Below, one piece after another: positions 43,915 to 58,904 of a stretch of 64,000 nt of DNA (positions are counted from its first letter, which is position 1; every line of letters starts with the position of its first letter). The translations under genes were made by a program, and so were the position numbers. This DNA comes from the human T2T-CHM13v2.0 reference genome, Homo sapiens. The stretch lies in the NCBI RefSeq assembly GCF_009914755.1, contig NC_060937.1. One strand, written 5' to 3'. Under the pieces are notes generated by a model. It was not told the origin of the DNA, searched no databases, and saw only the letters and a program-made list of their open reading frames with translations.

Positions 43915-45956
43915 TTATCTTTTGGGACCGAAGAAAACATAGCTTTTTTATGACCAAAGTTTAACTAAAGAGGATGCAATAAAAACTGAAAGTAGAATGA
44001 AAGAAAGAAATAAAATAAACTGTATTGGATTTGGACGAGGGTTCTTATACTGTGTTAATTTTTCTTTTCCATTTCAATTCCGCATGTATTTCTATAGTAT
44101 CTATTAATAGTGTGTGGAATCCTGTGTGGGGTAGCTGTTCAGTTGGCTCTCAAAGGCTTACCTTCTTGCTGGAAAAAACAGGACTTTTAGGCATCAAACA
44201 GAGATCATACAAGCTACAGAACTCACTTATGAGGTAGATATATTTGTTATTTGAATTGAGACAGGGAAAAGAACAGTATGGACTGAACTTGGAAGGGGTG
44301 GAATTTGAACTTGTCCTTGGATAGCTAGCAAAATCTGGATCAGAAAAAGGAAAGAGTAGAGGATTTGGGGAGATAGCAAGGGGTGGGAGTAGAAGGTAGT
44401 ATAAATATGCATACAAAGGGAGCAACAGGCAAGGTCTCTATTAAGAACATCAGGAACTGGTTTGGTCAGGGGTGTGTGTTGTACAGCCCAATGAGATAAG
44501 CCTATCTGGAAGAAGGATTCAGAATTGGGGATCTTTGGATACCAGGTAGCAGATTTTAGTTGACAGACAACGGCAGTCATTATGGCTTTGTAAAATTACT
44601 ACAATAAATTCTTGAGCAAGGCAGAGATATAATAAAATCAGTACCGGGATGTGACTGGCAGCAGTGTGCAGAATCACTGAAAGGCGATATGCATTTGAAT
44701 TAAACACGGCAGAGGACAGAGTGTTTGACATTAGCATGTGGGATACATTCAAGCATTTGATAAATGGAGACTCCAAGATCCATTAAAATAATTAGTGTAT
44801 GAGGTAATGAGCTTGGAATAGCATAAAAGAAACATAACAATTGAGAAAATGTTCCAAAGGAAGAATTATTAGTATTTGCTGATTTAGTGGATGTAGGGAT
44901 GAAGGATAGGAAGATATAGTAGGATCCAAGCTCTTTAGTTTGGTGACTAAAGAAAAAAAAATGGTATGATTAATGGAAATGGAGCATTTCTAAAAGAGGG
45001 CAAACGGGATGGGAGGTGGGCTGGAAAGGCAATGGTTGGGGGTGGGAGGGAAAATAATCAATTCTGTTTTGCATATGCTGCACCTCAAATGATAGCCAAG
45101 GATCCAAACAGGAATATTCTAGAAGCAGCTGAAATGGGTGATTTGTGGGCTTGATATATAGATTTGGGAGTCAACAAAATACACACAACCCCCTGACCAT
45201 AATTCAGCAAATGACACCAATGCAGGAGTGTTGGAGCACGATTATGCTGCATTTCTAGTGAGAGTAAAGCACTGTGGAAAAGGATCAACTCATACTTCAA
45301 ATCTGAATCTCCTTGCTTGGGTGATATTCATTTAATATTAGTTGACCTTTGTCTCAATATTGGGACTAGTTCATGATTTTTTTAAAAAAGTCAAGTAAAC
45401 ATCTCCAGCACCTCTACCTGGTAGAACGTAATTAAAGCTATATGCTTTTTGTTGAATCTTAGAGCATTAACCTGAAAAATACAACTGTTAGGGATTCTGC
45501 CTCAAAATACTTTTCTGTGGCTCCCGTAAGAAACAAAAGAAAACCAAAAACTCAGTAAGCATATCCCAGCATACCTTAAATATCATTTTTTGGAAATGGA
45601 TGGTGGCAATTTCTTGTCTCTAGGAATCAACACAGTCCATTAAGTACGTAAATTATCTTTTTGAAACTCAGGATTTATTTCATCTAATAACTAAATGCAT
45701 TATCTTTCCTAAAACATTTAATTCTGATAATGGATGAACGCTTTGTTAATGGACGTGATAGAATGGTATTTGATTATTCCTGCTTGGCTGAAATTGACTT
45801 GATGAATCTATTTATTCTCTTTGTTGCATACCAGAGAATTAATGGCCTGTTTGCACATGTAAATAGTTTATATTTGCTTAGGAAGTGAGTTTGAATTGCC
45901 ATTGAATTAGAATTGTGAGTGCCTTTCCCCATCTTAGGCAAATCGTTTACAGTTAC

Positions 45957-46152
45957 CTTCAAGAGCCCCCCAGTCAATGTCCTGGTTCTCTGGTTTGTGC
46001 AGGGCAGGGTATCTGTTAAAGAGGTTGGCAATAAAAGCCAAGTTCAACTTGGGGTTCCCTCGGACAACATCTGTGGCTGTGACAAACTGCCGGCAGCCCA
46101 GCCTCTCCGCCTGCTGCAGCATGCATTCTGCCCTCTGGATGTCATCCTTCTC
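45957..46152 (-). CDS. LCP1: L-plastin exon 10, [10 protein letters not shown]...DIDWGALE
   Basis: tgcag acceptor, GTAACT donor, 196 nt. Confidence 0.98.
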
Positions 46153-47400
46153 CTGCAATGCAAAAGGATGTCTCAGGGCTGGGTCAAGGCTCTCCATGCA
46201 CAAAGCAGATTGCATAATGTGAAAAGAAATGGGAATCTCACTGAAATCATTAGTGTTTATCTCAGGCAGACACTTAATAACAGCACATTATTGCCTATAT
46301 GCACCTGCACCAAAATCAGAAAGTCACAAGTAAAAGGAATCTCAGAGGTTAAGTAACAAGGATCTCTCATCTCCTTTATCAAACTATTTCAGATGAGTGG
46401 TTGGTTGCTCTGTTTCAAAAGAGATGCAGTAGATTCTGAAAACTGATCATTTGAGTTTATCTTAATTATTTCCAACCATTAAGATTCCTTTTTATTATTT
46501 GTGTGCACAGATGACATGAGATTGTCTATCAAAAATTTTATTTATTAATTTATATTCCCATAACCAGTTCACAAAAGATATTTACACTTGCCAGTAAGAA
46601 CATATGATTAGCATAACCACTGTCTCCACATTGAGTTGGTATACTTGCAACCCAAATAAAATAAATTTTATCAGTTAACCTATGTATTATTATTGATAAA
46701 TATATAATATCAATTTTATTTTTGCAGACTTCAGATTTTGAACCACTCAATGTGCTCAAATAATTCTAGAGAATCTCTAGCCATTTGTAAGTGACTCTTA
46801 ACCCTAAAATTTTGCTGAAATATGGCCCACTGTCCTTAAAGTACATGAAACCACCAATTTTCAGAAAACAAAACTTTAAATTAGGATGATTTCTTAATAT
46901 GACCCTTTACTAGATAACGCTACACATTATGCATTTCATGAGCTTTACTTGTCATTTACTTTTACTCTACTTCTCATTAGGAATCAGTTGACTTCAACAT
47001 GAACTCATTGGATTTAACTCCAGTGATATTAAATGAGGCACAGAAACGGGCAAAGAGACTTCTCAAGATCAGTATTAAAGTGGCGGCAAAACAGAAGTTT
47101 TATTATAACATTCAGACCCATGTGGGGTTATAGAGTCTACTAAATGATGAACATATATAGAATTGCCTAGCATGCTGGATGGTGTTTAATTACTATTGGT
47201 TTCTTTCTTTAATGTTGTATTTCCAGATTCAGTTTTCATCAATTATTATCCCAAACTGCTCACAGTTTTACTGTTTTAACAGGGCTTTAGGCAGAAATGC
47301 CCAGTCATGGAACTCCAGAATCAGGGCCACACAAGGTAATGGAACTGCCAACATGAAAATAGCATCATATTCTCCAAACACAACTGGGACCTGGCCTTAC

Positions 47401-47496
47401 CCGCAGTCCTGACATGTCAATAACAACAGCAGGAACACCTTCTTCATCTCCTTTTGGAGCCACCTGCTCAAGCAGGTGGTAATAAGCTTTTGAGTC
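47401..47496 (-). CDS. LCP1: L-plastin exon 9, [32 protein letters not shown]
   Basis: cacag acceptor, GTAAGG donor, 96 nt. Confidence 0.98.
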
Positions 47497-49990
47497 CTGT
47501 GAGAAATTAAGAAATTCCAATTTCAAAATAGCACAGCTAATTACATACTTAGCATAACAATGATTTCCCAAAAGCAAACATTTTATTTCATATTCAGCTA
47601 TCATTCCAGAATGTAACTTAATTAACAAAGCTAGAAACATTCACTAATTTGAATGTTCTATTTGTCTCTTTACATATCACATTTGCTTTTCTTTTTAAAA
47701 GGAGCGTAACAATAAAATAGACAAGATATACACAAAAGGCACCCTAAAGAAGTGGATATTATTCTGTTGTCTTTAGGGGAGAAAAACAACTTATTTACAT
47801 GAATTAAGTTGTATACAGGAAAATATATATATATACCTTTATATTGCTGTAGAAGTCAGTCAGCTAAGGTTTAATTAAAAAAAAGTGACAGAAAAAGGAA
47901 GCACAAGTTTAAAGCGAGTTTAAAATACATTTAAATGGACAATCAGCAAGAGAAAAAGATGTCAAAGACAGAAGATTGAAGCATTAACAAGCAATCTTTA
48001 CGTAAAAGGAGAAATATTAAGAAAAGTGCATTTCATATTTATCTAGAAGCTAGAAAAATGGTTCAATTTAGTTATAGCAGATTAGATACAGGTATTGAAT
48101 TCTCAAGTTTTCTTAGATTCTGAAAATATGCTTATTGACAAAAAGAATTCTCAGAATTATAGTCTTAAAATATAAATTTATTCTTAGTCAATGAAAGCAT
48201 ACAGATTTTCAGGTAGTTTATTTAAATCATTTAATAGCATCTCAATTTCTCATAAAGATCGAAAAATCAGCTATTATTTTGTTTCTACAACTGGTTAGGG
48301 TAGGTAAGGCCTGGGCAGAGGAGAGGTATGCTCACCACTTTTGGCATTAGAAAGAGGAGAACCAGAGAGTGTGAATCATTGATGTTGCACCTGGGGAAAA
48401 TGATCTTCATCTCCCTTCTATCTACCCTCCCTTCTCTGACTTTTCACTGTAGCTATTTTGAAGTCAGTGAAAGTCACATGCAGGTGTCAGGCACCAATAC
48501 CATCTGCCTGCCCCGGGTTACATCTTTTTAGTTTGGCTAAGAGTAACCTCATTTCACCTGACTCTCATGAACCTTCTCACTCACTCTAGCCTGGGTGTTC
48601 TCCTCGCCTTTGCCAATTTACACGATTTAAAGACGTCTCCCAAGGTTGCTGGCTGGCTACTCAGACATACACATGACAGCACGGAGTCAGTTGCCATGCA
48701 GCGGCTGCCAGAGAACAGGCACAACACTGTATAAGTAAGTGCTCATCTGGCCAGCTCCTATCTCATACAGACACTTCCCAAAGCACAAAATGGTGGTTCT
48801 AGAGAACACAGCCATTTAATGACAGGAAATTAGGTAAATTTACAGCTGAGATCTGACAGCCTAATTTTGTCTGAAAAGTTTTGCAATTGCAGAGCTTAAC
48901 TGTTGAGCACAAAGGGAGAGCATGACAGCCAGCTCCTGTTAAAACCCAGGTCGGTTGGTGGTGCTAGAAGAATGTTAATAGCCCATGAAAGATGCATAGT
49001 TAGAAAGATGGATTTAGCTTAGATCCTAAAAAATGGGGGCTTTCCATCTAGAAGCTTGACTCTGACTGGCACAGTGCCTGACACACGCTGAGTTCTAAAT
49101 GCCACTGAATGCACGTCATATAGCAGTGGGAAACTGTTACTCAAAGAATTACAAGCCTAGGTGTACTCCTGTTGAGTCATGTGAACTTTCCTCTGACTCT
49201 TTCTCTTTGGGGAAAAGTTATTTAATGTTTGAGAAAGTGGAGACTGAAGTATTTTCCTGGTGTTGCATCCCAGCATCTCCTACTCTTTCCTTCTAGGGAC
49301 CGCTTTCCATTCCTTTCTGCTCCTTAACCACTTTCTATCTTCATCCATCTGTCATCATTGCCAATAGCTGTTTTCTTTCACCTTGACAGGGAACTTTTCA
49401 TATACTTGAAAACCACAGTGTATTCCTGCCTCAGCCTTTCCCCTATGGACCTCTTTGTCTCTTTATCTGTAAAATGAGAGGATAATAACCCTTACCTCAT
49501 GGGGTTGTTGTAAGGATTCAATAAGAGAATACACATATAAATCAGTTAGAACAGTGCCTGGCATGTTGCAGACACCATGTTTGCTGTTATTAGTATAACT
49601 AGAAGAGTCATCTTCATTTAATTTTTTACAGGGAATTCCCATCTGCTGCTCCCATTTATGAAACCAGAGACATTACAGACCTACATATATGCCCTTTACT
49701 TGGACAGCAGACTGTTCTCTTGCTCTTCCTCTAGCTCACCTTTGTCCCTCTACTTCCTGATATGGAAACTCCAATCGAGACACTGCACTAGGACTCTGGG
49801 CAGGTCTGTGTATGGCCCAGGACTAGAGCAGCAGATGGGCTCTCAAGGACAGTGAGCACCTCCAAAACAGCACCAGACTACCCTGGAACTTCTGAAGAGA
49901 GGAAGCCCCAAATCTTTATCTTTTCTTTATTATTGCCCAAATTCCCCTTCACTCCTGCAGAGAGTCATGTTCAAACAACGCTCCTCCTAC

Positions 49991-50133
49991 CTTGATGTCA
50001 GTACTGAAGTTGCCAATTTTGTTGCAGCCTGCATTTTCCAGGTGGTAATTAGCCCACCTCAGCAAGAGCTCTTCAGGGGAGAGTTTCATCAAATCCTCCA
50101 GGCTCTCACCTTCTCTCAAAAGAGCAATCAGAG
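49991..50133 (-). CDS. LCP1: L-plastin exon 8, [10 protein letters not shown]...NFSTDIK
   Basis: ttcag acceptor, GTAGGA donor, 143 nt. Confidence 0.98.
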
Positions 50134-51079
50134 CTGAAGAAGCACAAAAACCACAGAAAAATAAATGCAGCGATGTTGGGGGAGGGGGGCTGGTTATAAC
50201 TTTCATTAAGCTCTGCTAAAAAGCTAAAGATAACAACGTTACCTCTTTGGGGTAAAGGTTCTTGTAGCCTTTCCCATGGATTAAATATTTTATTATTATT
50301 CCCTAAAAAGAGGCGTAAGCCATTGTGAGCTTATTTATTATCTCCATTTTCCAGATGGAGAAAACAAAGCACAGTGAATCTCAACGCTATGTTTAAGAAC
50401 ATTTGGGCAGAGCCATAAAAATAACCAAGGCTACTGGCTCGGATGTTTTGCTGGGTCTGTCAAACCACATTTCACAATATGACAACATTTTTGCTTTTAA
50501 GAGATCAATTTTGTAATAATAACAATGTTCTCTTGTCTATTCCCATAGGTGTTTTATATTTCAAGTGCTTACCTGCCTAATTATAGCAACTCAACAATGT
50601 AATCAACTCTCCTCTACGTTTTCCCAGATGAGTAAGTATTTTTTTGCTCAGCTAGAAGGTTTAAATTTAGCTGAGGTCATTATTTGAAGATCAATATTCT
50701 TTCTCACAGGTTCTAAGATCCCTATTTCCTCTCCCCCGCCTTCTTTATATTATGTTTAATACATTGGTTTTTAAATAATATTTCAGGATTTTTCATTGGT
50801 TATTGTGATTTGGACATATAAATAAAAAAGTATGTATAACTAAAGATTAGAACTTGACTACAGATTTCATATTGGTAGGATTTGTACCTGATAACTAAAA
50901 GATAACATCGTGTTTTGCATGATACTTATCAAGGTGGGCTACCTCTGTCTAAGCCAGGGGGCTGTCACTGTTTACATACAGATAAGATGGTGAGAGAAGA
51001 CGCAATAAGATTGACAGCTACATATTTAGTTGAGAACTCTGAAACCCTAAATGGAATTTTCTACGGTCTTTAAAAATGT

Positions 51080-51415
51080 TTATTCTAGCCTGCATAGATT
51101 TAAGGTGTGTAACGTGATGTTTTGGTATACTTATCTTGGTAGACACATACACAGTAAGGTGGTTACTGTTGGTCAAGCAAATTAACATACTCACATCTCA
51201 TATCGTTACCTTTCTTTTTCTTTCTTTCTTTCTTCATTTCTCTCTCTATCTCTTTCTTTCTTTCTTTTTTGTAGGAAGAGTGCCTGAAATCTACTTTCTT
51301 GGCAAATTACCAGTATACAGCACAATATTATTAACTATAGCCCTTGTGCTGTTTAGATCTCCACTTATTCATCCCATATAATTGCAACCTTGAACCCTTT
51401 GACCTATACCTTCCT
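51080..51415 (-). mobile_element. L1MA-type 3' fragment
   Basis: 'atacagcacaatattattaactatagcc...ttagatctccacttattcatcc'. Confidence 0.75.
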
Positions 51416-51834
51416 CTATAGTTTTGATAAGAAATAGACCAAGTTCCTCCTAATCTGGTACCTTCACTATAGTATATGAATGTGAGTTGCTTACTTCGCA
51501 AAGTGCAAGTTAAAAGTCCTCTTATTTGTTACAAATATCTAAAGGCAAAGTGAGCTCTGAAAAAACCTCTTGAGGTTAGAGTGCCAAACATTCAAGACTG
51601 AGCCCTATGCTCCAAACAAACATTATTGTTAGTCTATGGTCTTAAAAAGCTTTTGCTCTATCATTAAAAAACGTCTGGTCTGTGTGTATAGAATCTGTGA
51701 CATGAATACCATGGAATCAATATAACTGTGTAGTTTTCAAAACTTGAGAATTTCTGACATCTTCCTCCTACAGTCCCCAACGCGTAAGTTATTAGAAAGC
51801 TGTGTCATAAATGACCTTTGGGACTTGCTCTTAC

Positions 51835-52000
51835 CTTCATTTCTGCTGAGTTCAATGTCAGCAAACAACCCAATCTTGATGACTTGCCACAGAAGTCCCA
51901 GGACCAGATAAGGCTTCCCCTCCTTCAGGTCCTCAGCCCCTATGTTGACCACATGGCACCCGATGGCTGAGGCAGAGTTCAGAGCCAAGTTCAGATTTTC
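51835..52000 (-). CDS. LCP1: L-plastin exon 7, [15 protein letters not shown]...IELSRNE
   Basis: ctcag acceptor, GTAAGA donor, 166 nt. Confidence 0.98.
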
Positions 52001-52415
52001 CTGAGGGAGAAAATGTATGCAAGTTTTTGTTCTATGACTTTGTAGATGCCAAATAATACCGATGGCAACAGTAACAATGTTTTCCTTCTGCGAAGGTCAC
52101 AGGTTTAGAGTCATGGTCTTCACTCATTTTAACATTGAGAAAAAAACAGTGACTCATAACCAGAAGAGAAAATCCAGTAACCCAGACACCGACCACTCAT
52201 GCAGTGGTCCATTCAATCAAACCAGCACCATAAGTTGAAGGCCCATTCTGGTTGGCATGAGACTGATGAGGCCTATATTTTTCCATCTTGCTCTGTGATG
52301 AAGCTGACACACAAAACATCTCTACTGGCCAAAAATAAAGGGACACCTTTGAGAAAGTCATTGTCCTGTCACTGGCCATCATGAATAAGACAATTGTTGA
52401 TGTAAATCAAGATCA

Positions 52416-52771
<356 letters not shown>

Positions 52772-53794
52772 GAAAACGAAAATGAAAAATAGATACGATT
52801 AAAATTCCGAAAAGATGGAATGGTTTTTGCTAGGTTGATTTGTTGAGTATCTGTAATAACTAGGGAACCTGAGTATACACACACATACTCATAGATTCTA
52901 TGTTCTTATGAGTAACAACAATGCAGGTAATGTAACTCACATATAGTCGAGATAGAGTCAAGGGAGTTTTCAGTCCAGACTCTGTATGTACTATTCTTGA
53001 GTTTAAAAAGGAAGAGATATCAATGTCAGAGATGTATAGAAATTGTTTTAATTGGCAAATTAAAAACAAAGCAAAGGCCGCCAGTGAATTAGGAAAAGAA
53101 CTATCAGAAGAAAAGTGGGTCCTTGTTCTAGTGCTTAAATGATGAGTGAAAAATACTGTTTCTATATATGGTCAAGATTATGAGTAAATTTAACATTAAG
53201 TGCATTCATATGTGTTTAATCATTGTTCTCAATTTGGTTACCATTTCCATTTTTAAAGTACACAAGGTTGCTTAAATCCACACAGGAGATAATGTATCGT
53301 TCATGATTTAAGAAGTTAGATATGGTTTCTTAGCAAAAGAATTATGATAATGTTAAAATATTGGAACACAACACAGAAATACACTTACTGCTGGTTACTA
53401 TTCCAGTTAATCAACAAATTGATGGAATAAAAGCAAGTTATATTTATTATACTCGTGGCTGTGGCCAAAATTACTATGAAGGCTGCCAGAGTACTTCCCG
53501 TTTTTCACCCCCTCGCTTCTTAGAAAGGCTTATGTTTTCATCTAAAATGCTGTTTATTTGGCATCAAATCAAAGATAAATTGCTAAGGAAAGCTTGAGTT
53601 AAAACTTTAGCCAAAGTGAATTTTATTCCTAAGTGGCCAAAACAAACATACAAAGCCCCAGCTGCTACCACTCCACCAGTCTCCCTTCCTTGCTGCTCAG
53701 AAATGTATCCCTTTATCCCTGAAGTATGACAAGTCACCAGCCCAAAGCCTGGGTTTTGCGAATGATGTCTGAGCCCCTGAAAAAGGCGGACTCA

Positions 53795-53959
<165 letters not shown>

Positions 53960-55490
53960 TTAAAGAAAGCAGTCTTCTGAATAACAGAGCCCAGTAACGT
54001 TGAATTTAAATTCTAGCAATACCATAATCCAAGAAGATAGCAACAGAATCTGTGATGTTTAGATATAAAATCAGTTATGCCGTTTGACTAGACTCAAACT
54101 ATCTGCGGGAAAGGTGAATACTACTGAAGCCACATTCATATATTGAGGTTGGAAATGAGGACCCCACTTCATTCTCTCACCTAAACAGCTGCAAAATTAT
54201 CCTGATTTTCTTAGCACATTAGGAAATTCTGGGTGGATAACCAAAGTAATTCTACCATAAGTACTTTATTTTCTTAGCCATGAAAATTGTCCCCATTATA
54301 TAAAAGACTGTCTACAAAATTCTGAGCTTATTATTGTCTACATTTCTATTTGACACAGGACCAAACTTTGTATCTTCAGCTAATCATATGATAACATTTT
54401 TATATCCTTCTCAGTGCCCTAGGCTGAGTACCAATGAGTCACAGGGGTCTTAGAAGGTAAAACTAGCAGATTGGGGGAAGACCATGGGGTGCCTTGGGTG
54501 GCAACCTAAAAGCTAGAATTTTGATTTTTTTATAGCAATTGAACCTTTTAAAAATGAATTCTCAGGACAAACTAATAAATAAAATATCAAAAGTAGAATT
54601 GCTCTGGTCAGAGCAGAGGAGAAAGCTCAATGTCTTTCCCACCCATTGTTATCCTTTAAGTCCTGAGTCCCTCACATATTGAGCACCTCAAGTCACTTCA
54701 CTTACAACTTGGCCTGTGATGACAGAGAACCTGCTGAAGCAAGAGCTACAGAGGTATTTTCAAAGACACCACGTTGCATTGAGCAGCACCATATTTAGAG
54801 GCCTCCCGTGGGTAGGATGCAGTCCCCCTTTTCCAGGTGTCCTCAATGTTTGAGTTGTGGATTTCTGTGCATCACTCAAAGGTTTCTTTGCTTAAGGACT
54901 ACAGTTTAAGGACTTCTTCCATCATCCTGCTGCTATTATCAATTCTATCTGCTTTCATGGTGAGCCACGCTCAGATGAAGCCAAGCAGCATATATTCCAA
55001 AAATATATAACCAGGAAAATTGTCCTCATTATAGAAGAGACTATCTATGTACTTCTGAGCTTACATAATGTCTACATTTCCGCTTGATGCCTGATCCAAC
55101 TTTATACTTTAAACTTGTCATCAGATAAACTTTTTAATGTCCTTCTATAGTCATTATTTAATCAGTATTTTATAAGTTTCCCCCACTTAATTATCTAATA
55201 CATTGATTAGACATCTAATGCTTTTGACTTGGTATAACTATATCTTCCATGTTTATCTCTATAATGTTTATCCCTCCTCTCCACTCAAGCAATAGCAATT
55301 TTACATTTCTCATTATAAATTGTTTTTGAATTTAGTTTGCTGTCCTGGACCTGGCCAAGTGAAAGTCCAGAAAAGCCTTCTAGGTGCAGCTGAGCACCAA
55401 ACAAAGTTGGCCTACGATAAATAATGATTAATTGTTGATGGTCTAGAAAATGGGCAATTCTTTGGAAACCAAGAAAGAAGTATTATTTAC

Positions 55491-55623
55491 CAAAGGACAA
55501 TGCCATCTCCAACAGCATTAAAGAGATCATTCGTGTTTGGGTTCATTGGGATGACATGCCGACAATCAGGATCATTTTCCAGGGCTTTGTTTATCCAGTT
55601 GACAAAGGCATACTTTTCTTCCT
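55491..55623 (-). CDS. LCP1: L-plastin exon 5, [44 protein letters not shown](C)
   Basis: tgcag acceptor, GTAAAT donor, 133 nt; read by hand. Confidence 0.97.
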
Positions 55624-55867
55624 CTGCAAGTAAATGATTAAAGTGACTCATTTGCAAAGTGAAACTCTATTATAAACAAAATTATGCATGTGGATCTTAA
55701 ATTCTCATTCCCAGCAGAGAGATGTGAGTTTATTCAGTCCATTATCTTATCATCTCATATTTATTAAGATTTAAAAATCTCAGATCACTTGGGAAATAGG
55801 CATTGAGTCTGTGTACTCCAAGTCATAAAACATAGAGCAAACAGATTTAAAAACTATCTCTCTGTTT

Positions 55868-56172
55868 CTTTTCTTTTCTTTTTTTTTTTTTTGAGATGGA
55901 GTCTCACAGTGTCACCCAGGCTGGAGTGCAGTGGCGCGATCTCGGCTCACTGCAAGCTCTGCCTCCTGGTTCACGCCATTCTCCTGCCTCAGCCTCCCCC
56001 GTAGCTGGGACTACAGGCGCCCGCCACAACACCCAGCTAATTTTTTGTATTTTTAGTAGAGACGGGGTTTCATCGTGTTAGCCAGGATGGTCTCGATTTC
56101 CTGACCTCGTGATCTGCCCACCTCAGCCTCCCAAAGTGCTGGGATTGCAGGTGTGAGCCACCGCGCCCGGCC
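55868..56172 (-). mobile_element. AluY
   Basis: AluY diagnostics 'gcaagctc', 'ttcacgccattctcc', 'cgtgttagccaggatggtctcga'; TSD AAAACTATCTCTCTGTT. Confidence 0.96.
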
Positions 56173-56771
56173 AAAACTATCTCTCTGTTCCTATATATAC
56201 GCATAATCCAGATATATATTTACATTTAGAAGCAAATATATACATATGTTTATTTTCTATATATAAATACATAAATAATAAAAATATTTTATTTATATGT
56301 GCATGTATACATATATATATACACATATAAATACAAATGTGGTATAATGCTTACAGGACAAAACTCAGGATTCCGCTTTTAGCTCTGCTGGTTTAAATGT
56401 TGGATCACTGTGGACAATCCTTATTGTACCTCTGAGTTTCTTGATACAATTATAATTAAATTGCTATAAAATAAAATCATTTGGATATAATCTTTTTTTC
56501 CTAACAGTAAAGCTGCCAGAAGGTGATTTTTAGATGTTTTAATAAAAACTCAAGTTATGTCTTCACAGCCTAGCACTATGTTTCCCAAACTGACAGTTTT
56601 TGAAAACAGTAGTGTCCCTCAGAGAAATCCTGAGTCATAAAAGTTTGGGAAATACTGTGTAGTGAATGTATCTCCGCCTTAAAGATTCACATTGCACATT
56701 TGACCCAGCAAAGGTTCTGAAAATTCCTGTATTTAAAAACAAAAGGCCAAACGTTGTCTTAGCAACTATAG

Positions 56772-57080
<309 letters not shown>

Positions 57081-57575
57081 TCATGAGCTTATCTTTAAGA
57101 TCAACTAACGTTTTGAATAATTCAGTTTTGGAAATGTTGCAACAACTATACTGTTTGGCCTGTTGGAAGTTTCCATTATGGCTGTTGGATGGCAGCCTTC
57201 GGAATAAATTTACAAATTTATTCCAAATCAATGAAAACATAATTTTTTGATCACTTAGCAGGTGTTAAAAATTATCATGAAGTTTAAAGATAGAAGCTTG
57301 AGTAGCTAATTTTGTCCATAAGATTTAGAAAGGAATCTGGGCAGCCTTTAATGATTGTTTAAATGCTGATCAAATCATTTTGTATTGGACCCTACCCAGA
57401 GCTAGGACTGCTCCTATATTATGTACCCAGAACTGACCCACTTAGTCACAGGAAAATTGGGAGTCATCCATAAAGCTGTGTTTGCTTCTGTCTTTGTTTA
57501 CATCCCTTAGGTTTGAATACCAAGTTTAGAATCTGTAATCCTGAAATCCTGCTCCAACCCAGGAGTTGAGCCTAC

Positions 57576-57705
57576 CTGAATAGGAGTGTTGGGTGCCAAC
57601 GCTAGACTGCTCTGAAGTACCACCGATTGCACAAATCCCTTCCTTCTTATTGATTGCTTTTCTAAAGGTCTTGGCAACATCTGTGCTTTTTAGGCCATGG
57701 AAAAT
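57576..57705 (-). CDS. LCP1: L-plastin exon 4, [10 protein letters not shown]...GTQHSYS
   Basis: tgcag acceptor, GTAGGC donor, 130 nt. Confidence 0.98.
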
Positions 57706-57879
57706 CTGCAAAAATATAATGTATCTTTAGAAACTCAAGCAGTGATCAAGAAAATCACAAAGGAAAGAATATGTAATGTCGAAGCAAGGAGGTAAGGAAT
57801 GTCTTTCTGGATATTTTTTAAAACAGAATTCAAGTTCCAAGTTTCAAATGTGTCTCCTTGTATTCTGCATGGTACTCAC

Positions 57880-58043
57880 CTTGATAAACTCATCAAAGCT
57901 GATCCTTCCATCTTGGTCCAGATCACCTGTAGCCATCAGGTTTTCTGTAATTTCTCGTACTCTATACCCAGGCAAAGGCAAGCAAGCAGCCTTGAACAAG
58001 TCATTCAACTCATTGAAGCTGATGTATCCATTGCCATCAGTAT
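57880..58043 (-). CDS. LCP1: L-plastin exon 3, both EF-hand loops ([24 protein letters not shown])
   Basis: tacag acceptor, GTGAGT donor, 164 nt. Confidence 0.98.
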
Positions 58044-58652
58044 CTGTAATGTACACAATATACTGAAGCTTCAGGACGATTCAGGCAACAGCTTTTAGAG
58101 AGGTGAGGGAAGACTAGATGGAAGGTGAAGGGACGAGAGAGGCTATCATTCAGGCATTGAGGCATGATCCCAGGGAAGAGTCAGAATCTCACAAGATGAC
58201 TGTTGCTACTGAATAGGGGCACCAGCATTACTTTCAACATCCACAGTAAAAGAGTCATAATTTCTATAAGGTACCTCTGTTTCCACAAAGAACTCTTATA
58301 GAAACTCTTAAGGAAACCACAGGTTTAGTGATAAAGAGTAAGAGAAAGTATGTGATGGTATTAAAATCAAGGAAACAGCAAAACAGAAGACAAGATATAA
58401 AAGATGAGACTTACAAACCATTTCCAGGAACAAACTATGTAAGAGTAGAGTCCATATTCCATGTTTTGATAGAGAAAGTCATTTTATTGAAGCATATTTT
58501 TCAAAAATAAGTTCTCCCAGCTCCTCTAAACAAATACTACTGGTTTCTTGTCATCTCTGAAATTTTGCTCATGTTCCCATTTCATTGAATCTACCCTGAA
58601 GCTACTCAGTGAAGAAGAGAATGATGCAATTTGGGGTACCAGGTCTACTCAC

Positions 58653-58716
58653 CAACTTTGGCAAAAGCTTCTCTGAGCTCCATCATTTCCTCATCGGACA
58701 CTGATCCTCTGGCCAT
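58653..58716 (-). CDS. LCP1: L-plastin first coding exon (exon 2), MARGSVSDEEMMELREAFAKV; exon extends to 58740 with 24 nt of 5'UTR
   Basis: AAAAATGG Kozak context, GTGAGT donor, ttctctccag acceptor at 58741; contains the Ser5/Ser7 phosphorylation sites. Confidence 0.98.
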
Positions 58717-58904
58717 TTTTTATTGCTTTAGGTAACAGATCTGGAGAGAAGAAGAACATAAGGGATAACTTTTGTGCATTTGAATTCTTAAAATACCACA
58801 TTAAGAAGCAATTCCCATTTATTACATGAAGAAATATTCTTCTGCATCCCCCATGATTTAGAACTATCTTTCCAAAATGTAAGTCAGAAATACGCTTTTT
58901 CTCA

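Noticed and set aside
46147-46155. CAG-GAG-AAG tandem (NAGNAG) acceptor at exon 10
   Set aside because: GAG and AAG compete poorly with a proximal CAG; no reason to expect use.
45919-46356. 145-aa ORF antisense to LCP1 exon 10
   Set aside because: Typical shadow frame opposite coding sequence; no promoter, splice or homology support.
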